Of a stretch of 64,000 bases of DNA, positions 52,201 through 64,000 are shown piece after piece. The translations under genes were made by a program, and so were the position numbers. How positions within the stretch are numbered: the first letter of the stretch is position 1; the number at the start of each line of letters is the position of its first letter. Under the pieces are notes generated by a model. The model saw nothing but the letters and a program-made list of their open reading frames with translations, was not told the DNA's origin and did not search any database. The stretch spans positions 5,458,001-5,522,000 of the forward strand of contig CM119373.1 in assembly GCA_051294905.1 (NCBI GenBank). Reading direction: 5' to 3'. Source of the DNA: Botryllus schlosseri (taxonomy: Eukaryota).

Positions 52201-53633
52201 CAGATCAGCGCGCATCTCTACCATACTCGACCTCGAAAACGAAATAACTGCCTCAATCATTGAGTGTCAACTTTAAGACTTGGCACCGCGTTCGATACTA
52301 AAATCAAGACATACCGTGTGAAAGCTCATGACAGATCTAGGTATGGAACATCGTTAAAATCAATAGAGACCAATAACGGCTTTTGCGTAAATTTGTTGGC
52401 GATAAATGAAGAGTCAGCTCTTACTCGACTTTGGAAACGAAATTACCACCCACATAGTTCAGTGACAAACTTAAAACTTGTTACAGCGGTCGATACTAAC
52501 ACTTACCGTGCCAAATATCATGACCGATCTCGGTATAGAACATCGTCAAAATCATTGGAGACCAATACCGGCTTTTGAGTAAAATCTGTTTGCTGTACTA
52601 TGTACATGATAGATCAGCACACACTGAACTTCCGAAACGGAATTACTACCATTATCTTTAAGTAGTAAGCCTGAAACTTGGAGCAGTGTTAAATGCTACC
52701 TTCACGACATATCATACCAAGTTTCAAGAATTATCATGGTGCGAAACACCGTCAAAATCGACCTATACCAGCAAAGGTCGACTCAACGCATATTACGGTA
52801 ACCGAGTTCAGATATAGATACGATTGTTACATCACACCTCAAGGGCGAGTAGGCATATTTGCCCCGGTTGCTCGGCCATTTTACGAATAGGAGAGAGGAA
52901 ATCACCGTTTCTTTATTGTGCGCGGCTTTGAGAGAATAGATAGTGAAAGCTTGTTATGAGCGCTACCGGGGCAAGCCCCGGCTAGGCATTCACAAAGCGA
53001 AAACACAGAAGAGAATTCGATTTTCGCAGAGGCTTCGCTATGTATGGGCGTTTGCAAGCGAAAGCACATGAAGAACGCAGGTTTCGCTGTGATCTCGGTA
53101 TATATTGATTGCTGTGCGTCTATAAATGGTCGAATTGTTATTGAACAGAATTTTAGGTGGGGCAATGCCCCAGTTGCCCTATAGGACGAGCCGCCACTGA
53201 CTCAAATGGATCACGCCTCTTGCTCGTTTATGTCAACTCACAATCCTATCGGTTCTCGGGGGCTCCGTTCATAACGACTCCTTCGCTTTTGTGCGTGGTG
53301 GTGCACCCATACGAAGTGGGCTACTACATTAACGGTACTGAGCCAATGGATAGAATCGACCGTGAAAACTATACGAACATACCGACTGGCGGAGTGCTGA
53401 TCTTAGGACAGGATCAAGACGGCAAAATAATCGGAAGGTCGCCAGGACAACCTGAAACTCCCCATCAGGGATTTCGAGGCGAAATTAAAGGACTTCGTCT
53501 GTGGAAAAGAGCTTTGAGCACAGCTGAGATTGTGAATTTGCACCGAGCTGGATGTAACTGTGCTACCTTCAACGAATCAAATTCGATCTTACATGGGCAC
53601 GTGACTTCTCACTACGATATTTGCAAAGGTTGA
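49289..53633 (+). pseudogene. Pentraxin A' (duplicate of A): linker exon 49289-49375, pentraxin exon 50622-53633 split by a hAT insertion
   Basis: Near-identical to 226-2198. The frame runs into the insertion and stops at 50929. Confidence 0.9.
50831..53199. mobile_element. Non-autonomous hAT (2369 bp) inserted in a coding exon
   Basis: Perfect TIR CAGTGGCGGCTCGT and perfect 8-bp TSD ACTCAAAT. Empty site in gene A at 1765-1772. Confidence 0.95.
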
Positions 53634-54453
53634 GACGATTGTAGTCGAGGTTGAGACGATTTGTGGACAGACAAAAGAGTATTGAACATTTTAAATTTTA
53701 TTATCGTCTAAGTTTTAATATTTACTGCATACATGCATAGGATTTGATGCGTCATTACATCTTCGGCTTTGCGAAGACACGTGACCAGGATTAAAAAAAT
53801 CGCAGTAAATAATTTCGAATAAGTATGAGTACCACCATACCAAGATATTTGCTAACATTACCCACAGCAAGGATTTCGATGTCTTTCTTATCCAATAATT
53901 ATACTTCCAATCGTTTGGATCCGTCATATAAATCGCTATAAGTCTCTTCAAATCATGGATTTAGTTTATGTTTCTTTACTTTAACCTGACGTTCTGAGTC
54001 GGTGTTAAGTCTGTAACAGAGCTGAGCAATGTGTGGCCAGCGACGATATTTTGAGTGGCCTGCGAAAAGTTACTTTGCATGTTATCCCGTGGAATAATAT
54101 CATACGCTGTGTAAATATACCGGAAACTAGCTCATTTTGAAGCCTGTTAATTGATGTGCCGCAATCGCGTGGCCTGCGTACGTCATACCAGTAATTCAGA
54201 TTCAGAATAAAGCCAATGTGCTGTAACAATTAAAGTCACAAAACGGCACTGTTTCCATTTAGTTTAGTTCAAACCTTATTTGTTGGCATTGTCACATTTA
54301 CGACACTCTCTGTGGTTCCAAATCCCTTATTCGAAAAACAGGTCAATCAGTGCTCGTGATTAAAGGATTAATGGCCGGGCATGCATGTCAACAAGAATTG
54401 TGAAAGTTCCAGGAACATTCGGAGCACATATATTTGTTTACTTGAGTCATGGG

Positions 54454-55916
54454 CAGGCCTGTTTATTTTTGGATATTGGGTTTTATTTTTGGAGATTCTC
54501 CAAAAATAAGATTTGAAAACATCCAAAAATAATATTTTTTTGGATGATGATTTTTCAAGATTTTTCAAGTCAGAGCGATGTAAACAACCAGAAAACTCAT
54601 AAAAAGACACAAAAATAGCCTGTGTGTTAGGGAAGGGGTCACCGAAACGCTAAAACTAGTTCCACTCATTCCACTCCACGTTTCTGCTGACCTTGCCTTC
54701 CCGCCCCCTCCGTCTTTGTACTCCTATAAGTTTCACAGTACGGCACGTAGAGAAGACGGGCAGGCAGCTTGAGTGAGGCAAAGGGAACGGCGAAATCAAA
54801 TACGGCCACCTCTGTCACAACCGCTTCGTCTACACGGGACGGAACTGATTGGCTACCTCAGACGGCAACAGAACTTGATCCAGGAGATGGAAAGTGCGTG
54901 ACCCAAGTCTGTTAACGCCCATTGGTTGTCAATGAAGAAGATGGCCTCCTAGTTGACTGGACACCCTACCTAACTCCTTGATGTTATGGACGAGAAAATT
55001 CCGGCATGTGCACCTTCGCTGCAGTGGTGATTCCAACTGATCGTTCTTGATCGCATGGTCCCAGAGCTGAGCAGCACCACCGTCACGAAGCTGTTCCCTC
55101 TAAGCTGCGCACGTGCGCAAATGCGCAGTGATGACACGGTCTCTGCGCACAGAAAATAGAAGTTGCGCACATAAAATCCGAAGTTATGACCTTTTTTTTA
55201 GTCGTTACGCACTGTTGTCCAGGGGTCTGCGCAGTGAGTTGGTGAGTGTGCGCAGACTCGTCAAAAATTAGAGGGAACATTGCTTCAGGGTATTGGCAGT
55301 CCAATCGAGGAGCAGCAAGTGTTCCAGCGCCTGGTCGAACGTCTTCGAGCCAGTCCAGGTGAGGACTGGGACAACGACGCACGCCACAAGGAAGGTTTTC
55401 TGGTCAGAAGGTGTTGGCCGTAGGGTTGTCAAGTTCAATGAGGCACGCAACTTCGTGGAGGATCAGAGGGTTTCAAGCGCATCACTGACGAGCGCTTGTC
55501 AGGAGCAAAGCTTGGAAGATTGAGGAGTTTGGAGAGTTAGCCATCCATCCCTTTTTGAACCCCTAGGCTCAATGTTTCCCACAATTGCGACGGTCGAGGT
55601 CTCTAAAATCAAGTTGGACAAGGGATCGGCCGCGCGCCTCTCTCTGATTTTTCTTTAGAGGGTATTCTCCAGGCCAACAACTTGATTTTTTGACAGATGT
55701 ATTTGAAAGTTATATCAAGATCACTGATGATGTCGATGTGTTAGAGGACTTGAATACATGATCATAACATACGCTCGGTGAAGTTTTCCAGTAGTAATAG
55801 GGCTGAAAACACGTTCATTTCTTATTTTTGGAGATTCTCCAAAAATAAAATTTGAAAACATCCAAAACTAAGCTATTTTTGTTATTTTTCGAGAAATCCA
55901 AAAATAAACAGGCCTG
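54454..55916. mobile_element. Non-autonomous hAT (1463 bp)
   Basis: TIR CAGGCCTGTTTATTTTTGGA, TSD GTCATGGG. Empty site near 3015. Confidence 0.92.
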
Positions 55917-55983
55917 GTCATGGGTGAACCAGTCCTTTCATTTGTGGCGAGCAGGTTGTCGTGGAGTAGATTTTGAGTCGGTA

Positions 55984-58900
55984 CACTGTAAATAATCTGT
56001 TAGATTTACTGGGAAATCTCTGTAAATTTTACAACGAATTACCAGTCGCAGCCAATAACTGTGCGTAGCTTGTAATTTTACATTTTGATATGTAACATTA
56101 CCATAGTTTAGCCGTGAAGTCAAGTTACCAGAATTTCTTCGCAAAATTACTGACAGTTACTCGTAACTGCAGTTTACCATGCTATTGGGAAGATTGATTA
56201 GCTTCATAATCGCTGCAGCCAATATATACGTGGAAATGAATGTTACTGATATATCATTCTCGTGTTGATTTGACTTGATTCAACCTCGTTCGCGAAACTG
56301 GGGTCTGTTGTATGGAAGTTGTTGGTCCTAGTACCAATTTCAGTATAGTAGCCTACACAGTAGGGTACAAGAAACAACCGACAATAGTAGCTAATGTAGT
56401 TACACCATAGCCATTATATTATATTATACGGCTATACGGCTGTTCTCGCTGGTTACATTCGTTGTTACGGATGCGGCTGATAAGTTAGAAAATCAGTTTA
56501 GGATGTATGTTCGGGAAACTAGAAATATCAGCACCGCATGCTCAGTTGTCCATTTGCTAATGGCGGACAAGTCGACCTGTAATAGCTTACAATAAGTTAC
56601 CGTTACGCGTTACGCGTTACTGGTTTTCTGAGATTCGTAGTAAACAGCCAACGCACAACTGTGACATCACAAGCAGTGTCTCGTTTAGTAAGTACAGTAA
56701 GTAGTGAACAACACTTGGGATAAATATCAATTTATACGAAATTAAATGGAAAAGAAAGGAACTATATGTAATGATAAATGTTTCTGTATGAAAGAGAAAT
56801 AACCTAAGTCAAACATTATAACGTGGCCAGCAAATATTATTGGTGGCATGTCAGCGGATGAATACGACTTATTTCGAAATCGTTCGAGTGTCGTATCGTT
56901 GTCTGGCCATTAAGGCCTCTGCACACTGAGCTCGCGACCCGATAAAACGAGAGAATCGCGCCTGTCTACGACTGGACCATGCAGACCGGAGTCGCCGGCA
57001 ACTCGCAACATGCCGTCTGCGACAGGGTTGCGCAACTCCGCGACAAAGTTGAAAATTTTCAACTTTGTCGCGAGTTGCGAGCGACTGGTCAGCAGTTACT
57101 GATTGCTAGCTCTATGTCACCGCAATAGTTTGTCCGGGTATTGCGTGTTTTGGCATCTATAATTGTTTCCTCATTGAATTTAGACTGATTTGAGGCCATT
57201 TTAAAACTTGAAGCTTAACTGCAAGAGCGCATTCTACTGTATGTACGCAGTACCGGTACTTGGTAATTACCAAAGGCCAACCAGCTCCAGCAGTACCGAT
57301 ACCGCGAATCTCTCAGTCATTGTATGTCTACAGGTGGATTTATTATATATATACCTTGTCTGGTTCATTTTAACCTGTACAGACTGTACAATGTACATTG
57401 GTTGGAAACTGGGTTAAGCAGGTACATATAATCGTGGTATGTCATGGGTTCACTGATGTAGGCTATATTTCAGATATCGGTACATCTCAGAACACGACGT
57501 CTGAAAATCTTTTTGTTGACTAGGTAGCAGCAGTGTAACTCTTGATGTTAGATTTCGTCTATTCTCCTCTTTACCAGACTTCGGTACGAATTGTAGTGGC
57601 TAATATTATAAGTCAAAAATGGACTATATGCATCATTATGGAGAATGAATCAACCAGGCCTATACGGATCAGTTTCCATGCTTGATAACTGAGGGCGAAT
57701 CGAAGATTGAAAAGGAAAGAATCCCAGAGTTATATTTGAATATTGTCAAGACTCAATTCATTTACAATGAAGTTATAATGCATTTGAATGTTGTTCTCTA
57801 TCATATCGAGAAATTAATGTATGAGTGCTTGACAGTTGATGCAGTCACTGAGGTAGTGGAATACAGAAAGGCTTGGTGTTTGTAGCCACAATAGGCTACA
57901 GCTAGAACTCCAGAAATTTGGATCGGCAACCGGAAATAGCGCCTTTAACTGGGTCACCCAGATTATGCGTTTTCAGCATTGAAATATGATATTGGTTCGT
58001 GTGTGCATATAAGACGTCATCTTATTCATTGACAAACCCATGTATACCCATCGAAATATTCATTTTGCGATCTATCGGGAGCTGTGCAATGTGTATCCAT
58101 TGCGAGACTTCGAACAGAACGCGCAAGAGCTGTAGTTGCCGCTTGTGGGCACTGCCGGGACCAGTGTGCATTGCTTCGCAACTTACGACTCGCAACTCGC
58201 AACGCGCAACTCGCGATGTTGCGTCGCGAGGTCAGTGTGCAGAGGCCTTTATTGAGATTTGAGCAAAGGGTGGAGCGAAGCTTGTTGTGCTTGAAGAAAG
58301 TGGACACGATCGGGGAAGATGCCTAGGAACGCTGAATGGGATACGCATCGTCAAAGGTACAGTACTACATAGTATTTGTTACCGTGAATATCTGCGACTG
58401 TGCAATGTGCACACCACTTTGATTTCATGATTGAAATATTTCATTCTCCGCATTTTCTGTTCTATTTTGGGATACTAGTCGACTTATATAGTGACCTGTG
58501 ACACCACATACTCCGCCGCGGAGGAGTTGAAACTGTTGGCTTGTTTATGTCATTTTCGGGCCATAGCATAGAGATGTTTTCATCCACTGCTGGATTTGTT
58601 TGGCACACATGCCACCTCATATCCAGAGTGGAATTGGTGAGGAACCTTTTGCTTCAATACATTAGATACAGTAAGTCATGAATCTCTGCTATATCATGTA
58701 CAAGACGGAGCCTTCATCACACAATGTACCAGTACCGGTACTTCAAAACATGTTACCGTATATTTTTGTTAGCCTATTTGTCTTAGTAGTCTTTATAATG
58801 TCATGTCTAGGTTAGGAACTTTGCTTTATATAGCGACTTACTCATGAATTCTTTTTAGTGGAACTGCAAGATACTAGTTACACAGAAGGAATGAGGAAGA

Positions 58901-59420
58901 GAAAAAGAAACAATTGGAAGTTTCGCCGGTGATGGAATTAATTCACCTTTTCTGCGACCACTCGTGTTACTGCATGTCTCCTGAAGAAGAATTAGACCTC
59001 CAGCAGCAATACTTTTCCATCGATTACCACTTCATCGTGATATCATGAATGAATATACAGTTTTTTCCAATGTCGTTTTGGGAGTGTGAAGAAAATTTTG
59101 CGATATTTTAGCATCAGGTTGCTTTGCGATAGGTATGGATGTACGTGAATTTACAAGCTGGTATGTATCTCGATTTACAGGGACAGTATGTAGGTAGGTA
59201 GGTAGGTAGGCGGTCTCGGTCTCAAATGTACAGGAGAACATGTAGATTGGGTAACCCGGAGGGGACTGTAACATTACAGTATGGCGTGTAAAGTGAGATT
59301 ACCGGACGAGTGTAAGTTGAATTTGCATTGACTAACGGTAAAGTTAGATCACCACGAAATGTCTGGCTACCGTGCTTCCAAACATTTCGCGGTAAATCGA
59401 GGTTTTTATTTTTTACAGTG
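55984..59420. mobile_element. EnSpm/CACTA-type element (3437 bp)
   Basis: CACTGTAAA...TTTACAGTG termini, 2-bp TA duplication. Empty site GAGTCGGTAGAATGAC near 3075. Confidence 0.85.
56913..58248. mobile_element. PIF/Harbinger non-autonomous element nested in the CACTA element
   Basis: TIR AGGCCTCTGCACACTGA, TTA TSD. Confidence 0.9.
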
Positions 59421-60074
59421 TAGAATGACGAAAATATGAAGACAGACACTCGGCTAAGGGAAGGTGAATTCCGGAAACACTGCTACATCGACAACAAAGC
59501 AATTTCAGCAAGCTGCACGCTGCTCTGGAGGCAGCGACCACGACAAGCCTTGTAGTATCCTGAATACATTATTATGTCTTGATAAAGAAAAACATGTTTG
59601 GAGGTTCAAGAATAGTTTCAAATGTAGGCTATCATGTTTACCATCGTTTTGAATTATGACGGCGAATATTTATTTATTTTTGATAAATTAGTCGTGATTT
59701 TCTCATTGCCTAATATCAGTGCATCCATGAGCGGCATGTATAAACAATGTATTTCCTTGCTCTAAATGTAGAAATACAATTAAAACGCCGCGGAATATAG
59801 TTAAAACTTTTGACTTGGCCTACAATATAATATCTGCTTTTAATATGGCCCTATGATGGAAGATAATTGCCCATCACCCATAGTCTCTAAGGAAGTTTCG
59901 AATAAGTGGCTGTCTTCGACTGGATTAAGCGATGACTACGCGACGTTGCTCCTTCTCGTTGCCTGTGGCAGTGTGAATCACGGTAATGCTATCATTCCAA
60001 TAAAAGCGTAAATAATCGATACTGCAGCTACACTACTATACGCAAGTGATCGTGCCTGAACCGTTCTCATAATC

Positions 60075-61036
60075 CAGTGGTTCCCAACCTGTGGTACGTG
60101 TACCACTAGTGGTACGCGAAGGTCTTCCAGGTGGTACGCGAGTAGATTCTGTTATTTTTTCGACCGAAGGGAGTTATTAGTTAAGGTGGGGTTGAACACA
60201 ACGATTGTTCTCCAATAAACTTCAGGCTTAGCGTGGCCTCCTCGTACTCGACTCTAGCTTCTCACTCTATTCCCCATCTGCCAATTTCCCCTTCTACGTG
60301 GGAGTCCGAACAAGTATTTTCATCCCTGATGACTATCAAGTCGAAGAATCAAAACCGACTTGTTGCGCCCATGCATGACTTTCGATGCGCTGTGAGCAAA
60401 CATATGCCACGCATCGACCAGCTAGGGCAGTGGTTCTCAAACTGGGGGGCGTGAAAGCATCTAAAGAGGGGCGCGAAGCTGCGGCCAGCAGAAAATTTTT
60501 TCGCGTTTCGCGCGATTTACCTAAATTTCATTGTCTTTGCTCTGTGAATAGTCATAACTGCATATTTGGGAATTCTATTATCAACTGTCATAACCTTCCA
60601 TGCAATCAAATTATTCGTTAGGATTGCTAGCATTCTGGTTGCATTTTGTGATATAACGATAATTGGGGCGCGAAATTCTTCACTATCATAAACGGCGGCG
60701 CGTCTAAAAAAATTTGAGAACTGCTGAGCTAGTGGAAAATAAGCTAAATGCAGCCATCGCATTAAAATAATTGACGTTTGTGGTTTGTTTTTAATTGAAT
60801 ATTATGTTGTGCTTCTTGTGACTGGTGGTGAAAAACAATTCCATGCATCCCATTTAACCCTGGCTGATAATGCCTAGTGTAATAGTGTTTCCTATTACGC
60901 CTCGCATACGTCAAAAACGTCATTATGATGTCATAAACATTTTTGACCGTCTTCAGCGTAACTTATGTGGGTGGTACGCGAGCACTGCATAAAACCTCGA
61001 AATGGTACGTGGGTGAAAAAAGGTTGGGAACAACTG
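60075..61036 (+). mobile_element. Charlie-type hAT deletion derivative with a transposase C-terminal remnant and a nested MITE at 60428-60726
   Basis: TSD TCATAATC. Remnant STWESEQVFSSLMTIKSKNQNRL..HDFRCAVS..PRIDQL. Nested TSD AGCTAGGG/AGCTAGTG. Confidence 0.88.
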
Positions 61037-61056
61037 TCATAATCGATTGTGATAAG

Positions 61057-61940
61057 TGGGGCAATTTTTTTTTATCTAAAAAACGGAAGATTTTGACCTA
61101 AAAAATCTAAATTTTGACCTTTTTTGACCTAAAAAAAACTGAAATTTGACCAAATTTTGACCTCACGTATGCAAATTAGGTGTTTTCGCATATAATGTTA
61201 AAATTGTACTACTTATCTTCATTTCTGGTTGGAACTGTCTGTCCTTACAAAGTAGATTGGCCTGAAAAAACGTTTTTGGCTCAAAAACTGACAGATATTT
61301 ACATGAAAAACTAGTATTTTAACGAAATTTGGCCCTATGAAGAATTCCAGTAGTTACATTACGTATTCTGGTGGAAATAATTAAAATTTGTTGTAGTACA
61401 ACGAAAGATCCTTTCCTACATTCTCGGGTAGAAAGTGTCTGTCCTTACTACGTAGCTTGCCAAGAACGGAGAAAGAACGTTCAACAGCAGCATTTGTTGG
61501 CTGACAACACTCAAGTTGTGTGCACACTGCTGGTGAAAAACCGTGTTGCTTCATTCTGACAATGTTGTCTATATCACAATTTTTCAGCTTGCGCTTCTTG
61601 ATATAAGAACCATGCAATGTCCAAGCAGTCTTGCTTCAGCTAGGATATTGCGGTACGTTGACCATAAAACCATGTCACTATTTGTTTCATTTGACCATTT
61701 ATGATTCACAATGAGCAGACAATGGTCCGTTTACCACGGTAGGCCTATAAAGTAGGCTACAAGCTGTAAAATATCAAATGATAAGTTCACCGACAGCGCA
61801 AAATCTACGATACAAACGAAATGCAGAGGTCAAAAAATTTTTAACATAACTTTGTAAACAATTTTGACAAATTTTGACCTAACGCTACAATTTTGACCCA
61901 ATTTTGACTTTTTTTGACATGTCAAAAAAAAATTGCCCTA
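61057..61940 (-). mobile_element. hAT deletion derivative with a dimerisation-domain remnant
   Basis: TIR T(A/G)GGGCAATTTTTTTT, TSD GTGATAAG. Remnant PTNAAVERSFSVLGKLRSKDRHFLPEN. Confidence 0.88.
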
Positions 61941-62009
61941 GTGATAAGATGTTAAGCTATATCAATACTTATATCTATTTTACACACTGAACTGCGACTC
62001 TATATCACG

Positions 62010-62856
62010 ATGACAGCTACTGAAGCTGATCTGAAAGATGCCACAAGGAAGCTTACCTCCAAGATTGAGGCGATGCGAGTCTCGTGTCATGAAAAAAGCG
62101 TTGTCAATGAAGCAGTCAGCCAAGTACTGGCACAGCTATTGAAAGATAGTGATTTTAAAGACCTAATTGCCAAATCCACACAGATGGATACGAAAATTGA
62201 TTATATTATTGACCAAAACAAGAAAAGAGACAAATAACTTCAAGAAATCAAGGCATCTCAAGACTTCATCAGTTCCGCCTTCGAAGCCCAAAAACAACAA
62301 TTCAAGGACCTCGAAGCACAGTATTGCATTCCTCCAGATGGAAAATAAGAAATTGCAACAAGCTATCTCAAATAAAGAAAGACAAATTGACGACCTCGAC
62401 CAAATCCAACGGAGCGATACCCTGGAACTCCATGGCGTACCTGTTAAAGAAAATGAAAGATTTGACGAAGAAGTCACTAAAATTGGTGCAGCTCTTGGTA
62501 TCTCACTAACATCAGATGACTTGAACTCTGTCTTCAGGCTTCGATCTCAAAATGCAGCTATGAGTGATCGTCCACCTTTGATAATTGCAACATTCCACCT
62601 CTTAAAGACCAGGGGACTTTTTCTCGAGAAGCGTGGAGATCTTCGGAAAGTCACGAAACATCCTGAATACAAAAATATATACATCAATGAAAACCTGACA
62701 AAATTCCGCAGGATCCTATATGCAAAAGCACGACAAGCTGCTAAAACGTTAACGTACGACTTCTGCTGGACTGCAAATGGGAAAGTATTTATGAAGCGAG
62801 ACAATAATACACGCACAATCCTCATTGATTCTCTAGAAAAGCTGAACCAGCTGTGA
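62010..62856 (+). pseudogene. LINE (CR1/L2 group) ORF1, disabled
   Basis: Coiled coil, LELHGVP, IYINENLT..R..L..AR..FCWTANGKVF. In-frame TAA at 62235-62237 and a frameshift near 62320. Confidence 0.85.
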
Positions 62857-62906
62857 AAGGCCTGGTGATCATCTCGACTATGTAAGTCACTTTGTCATTG
62901 CTCAAA

Positions 62907-64000
62907 ATGGCTTCCAGCGAAGACCATACAAATGCATATGTGAAAAATTCTGAGCTGCTTTACAACAATATTGAGATTTGCGAAAGTGTTACTTTGGATA
63001 ATTTATCCTACAACTTATCTACCGCTTTTCAAGACTTTGTTATCTGCCACTTCAATATTAGATCTTGGCAAAAACACTATTTATCCCTTCATCAAATTAT
63101 TAGAGACATGAATATTGCTCCCAGTGTAATAGCTTTGTCTGAAACTGCCCTGCGTGACGACCCCTTATTGAATATCAATTTACATGGTTATACGTTCATC
63201 CTCACCACCACAGATACCAAATGTGGCGGAGTTGGTATGTATATGAGAGATGACATTCCCTATTCCCTTGTTGATAAGTATTGCCTGAATCTGGATACAA
63301 TTGAAGAAAAATGGGTAGAGGTTCAAGTTGGCATAGCCAGTGTACCTTCCATTATTGTCGGTGTTATCTACAGACACCCCGTGCCAAACACCTCTGACTT
63401 CAGCTCTGAGCTATCCCACGCCATTGTTGAAATATCTAACTCGAAGTTACCATTTTTCGTGGTCGGAGACATCAATATTGACATGGCATCCAAGAAAAGC
63501 AAAAATACATCAAGTCATCTTGAGAATATCACGGCTACTGGTGCAACACAAATCATTACTAATCCCACCAGATACTGTGACACCACTGCAACCATTATTG
63601 CCCATTGCTACACTAATATAGCACAAGGTTCAATAAAACCATATGTCCTGATTGATGACACTACTGATCATTACCCAATAATAGTTCAATTCAGGCGCCG
63701 TATGCATAAAAACCTTTGGCTTATACGACACTCTCCAGGAATCTGACTCCAGAAAGCATGACTAATATCTACATTTCTACAATCACGTCTGGGACTATTT
63801 TGAAAAGTATGAACCAATGCCTCTGACTGAATTGAATTTTAATCAGCGATTCAACATGTTTATCAATTCAATATTAGAAATAGTTAATGTATACTCACCA
63901 TTGACAGGTTTATCTCGCAAACAGCGTAAATTGAAACGTAAGCCATGGTTAATTCCATCTATCCTCCAATCCATTCGTATAAAGAATAAGATGTATCGTA
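62907..64000 (+). mobile_element. LINE ORF2 apurinic-endonuclease domain, frameshifted near 63720, runs off the window
   Basis: HFNIRS, IALSET, GGVGMY, GVIYRHP, VGDINID, PTR, TDHYPI, later KPWL..I. Confidence 0.92.

Noticed and set aside
62230..62330. Programmed readthrough or frameshift in LINE ORF1
   Set aside because: A stop plus a frameshift here and another frameshift in ORF2 are more simply explained by decay.

Overview
AT-rich, transposon-dense animal genomic DNA. The many ~50-65 bp introns and the gene content suggest an invertebrate deuterostome such as an ascidian, but that is inference. The window holds an innate-immune receptor cluster with four divergent secreted pentraxin-domain genes: A (+, 5' end outside the window), B (-, best resolved), C (-, 5' end unresolved at a perfect fold-back hairpin) and A' (+, a recent duplicate of A disrupted by a hAT insertion). 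It also holds two tandem six-exon fibrinogen-related (FReD) genes with a conserved GC-AG intron and no collagen stalk. The most striking structure is an 18.3-kb segment (22485-40822) containing both FReD genes. It is bounded by two direct copies of one hAT-type MITE, with a single perfect 8-bp duplication (ATGCATTG) on the outer ends only, which fits a composite transposon carrying immune genes. A 59-nt Cys-hairpin exon (CxRxYxNGxWxSxGxCG) occurs in both FReD genes and again as an orphan exon upstream of pentraxin A'. The rest is nested hAT, Harbinger, CACTA and P-like elements, tRNA-SINEs and CR1/L2-group LINE pieces. Gene models were read by eye from splice signals and reading phase, with no transcript or database support.
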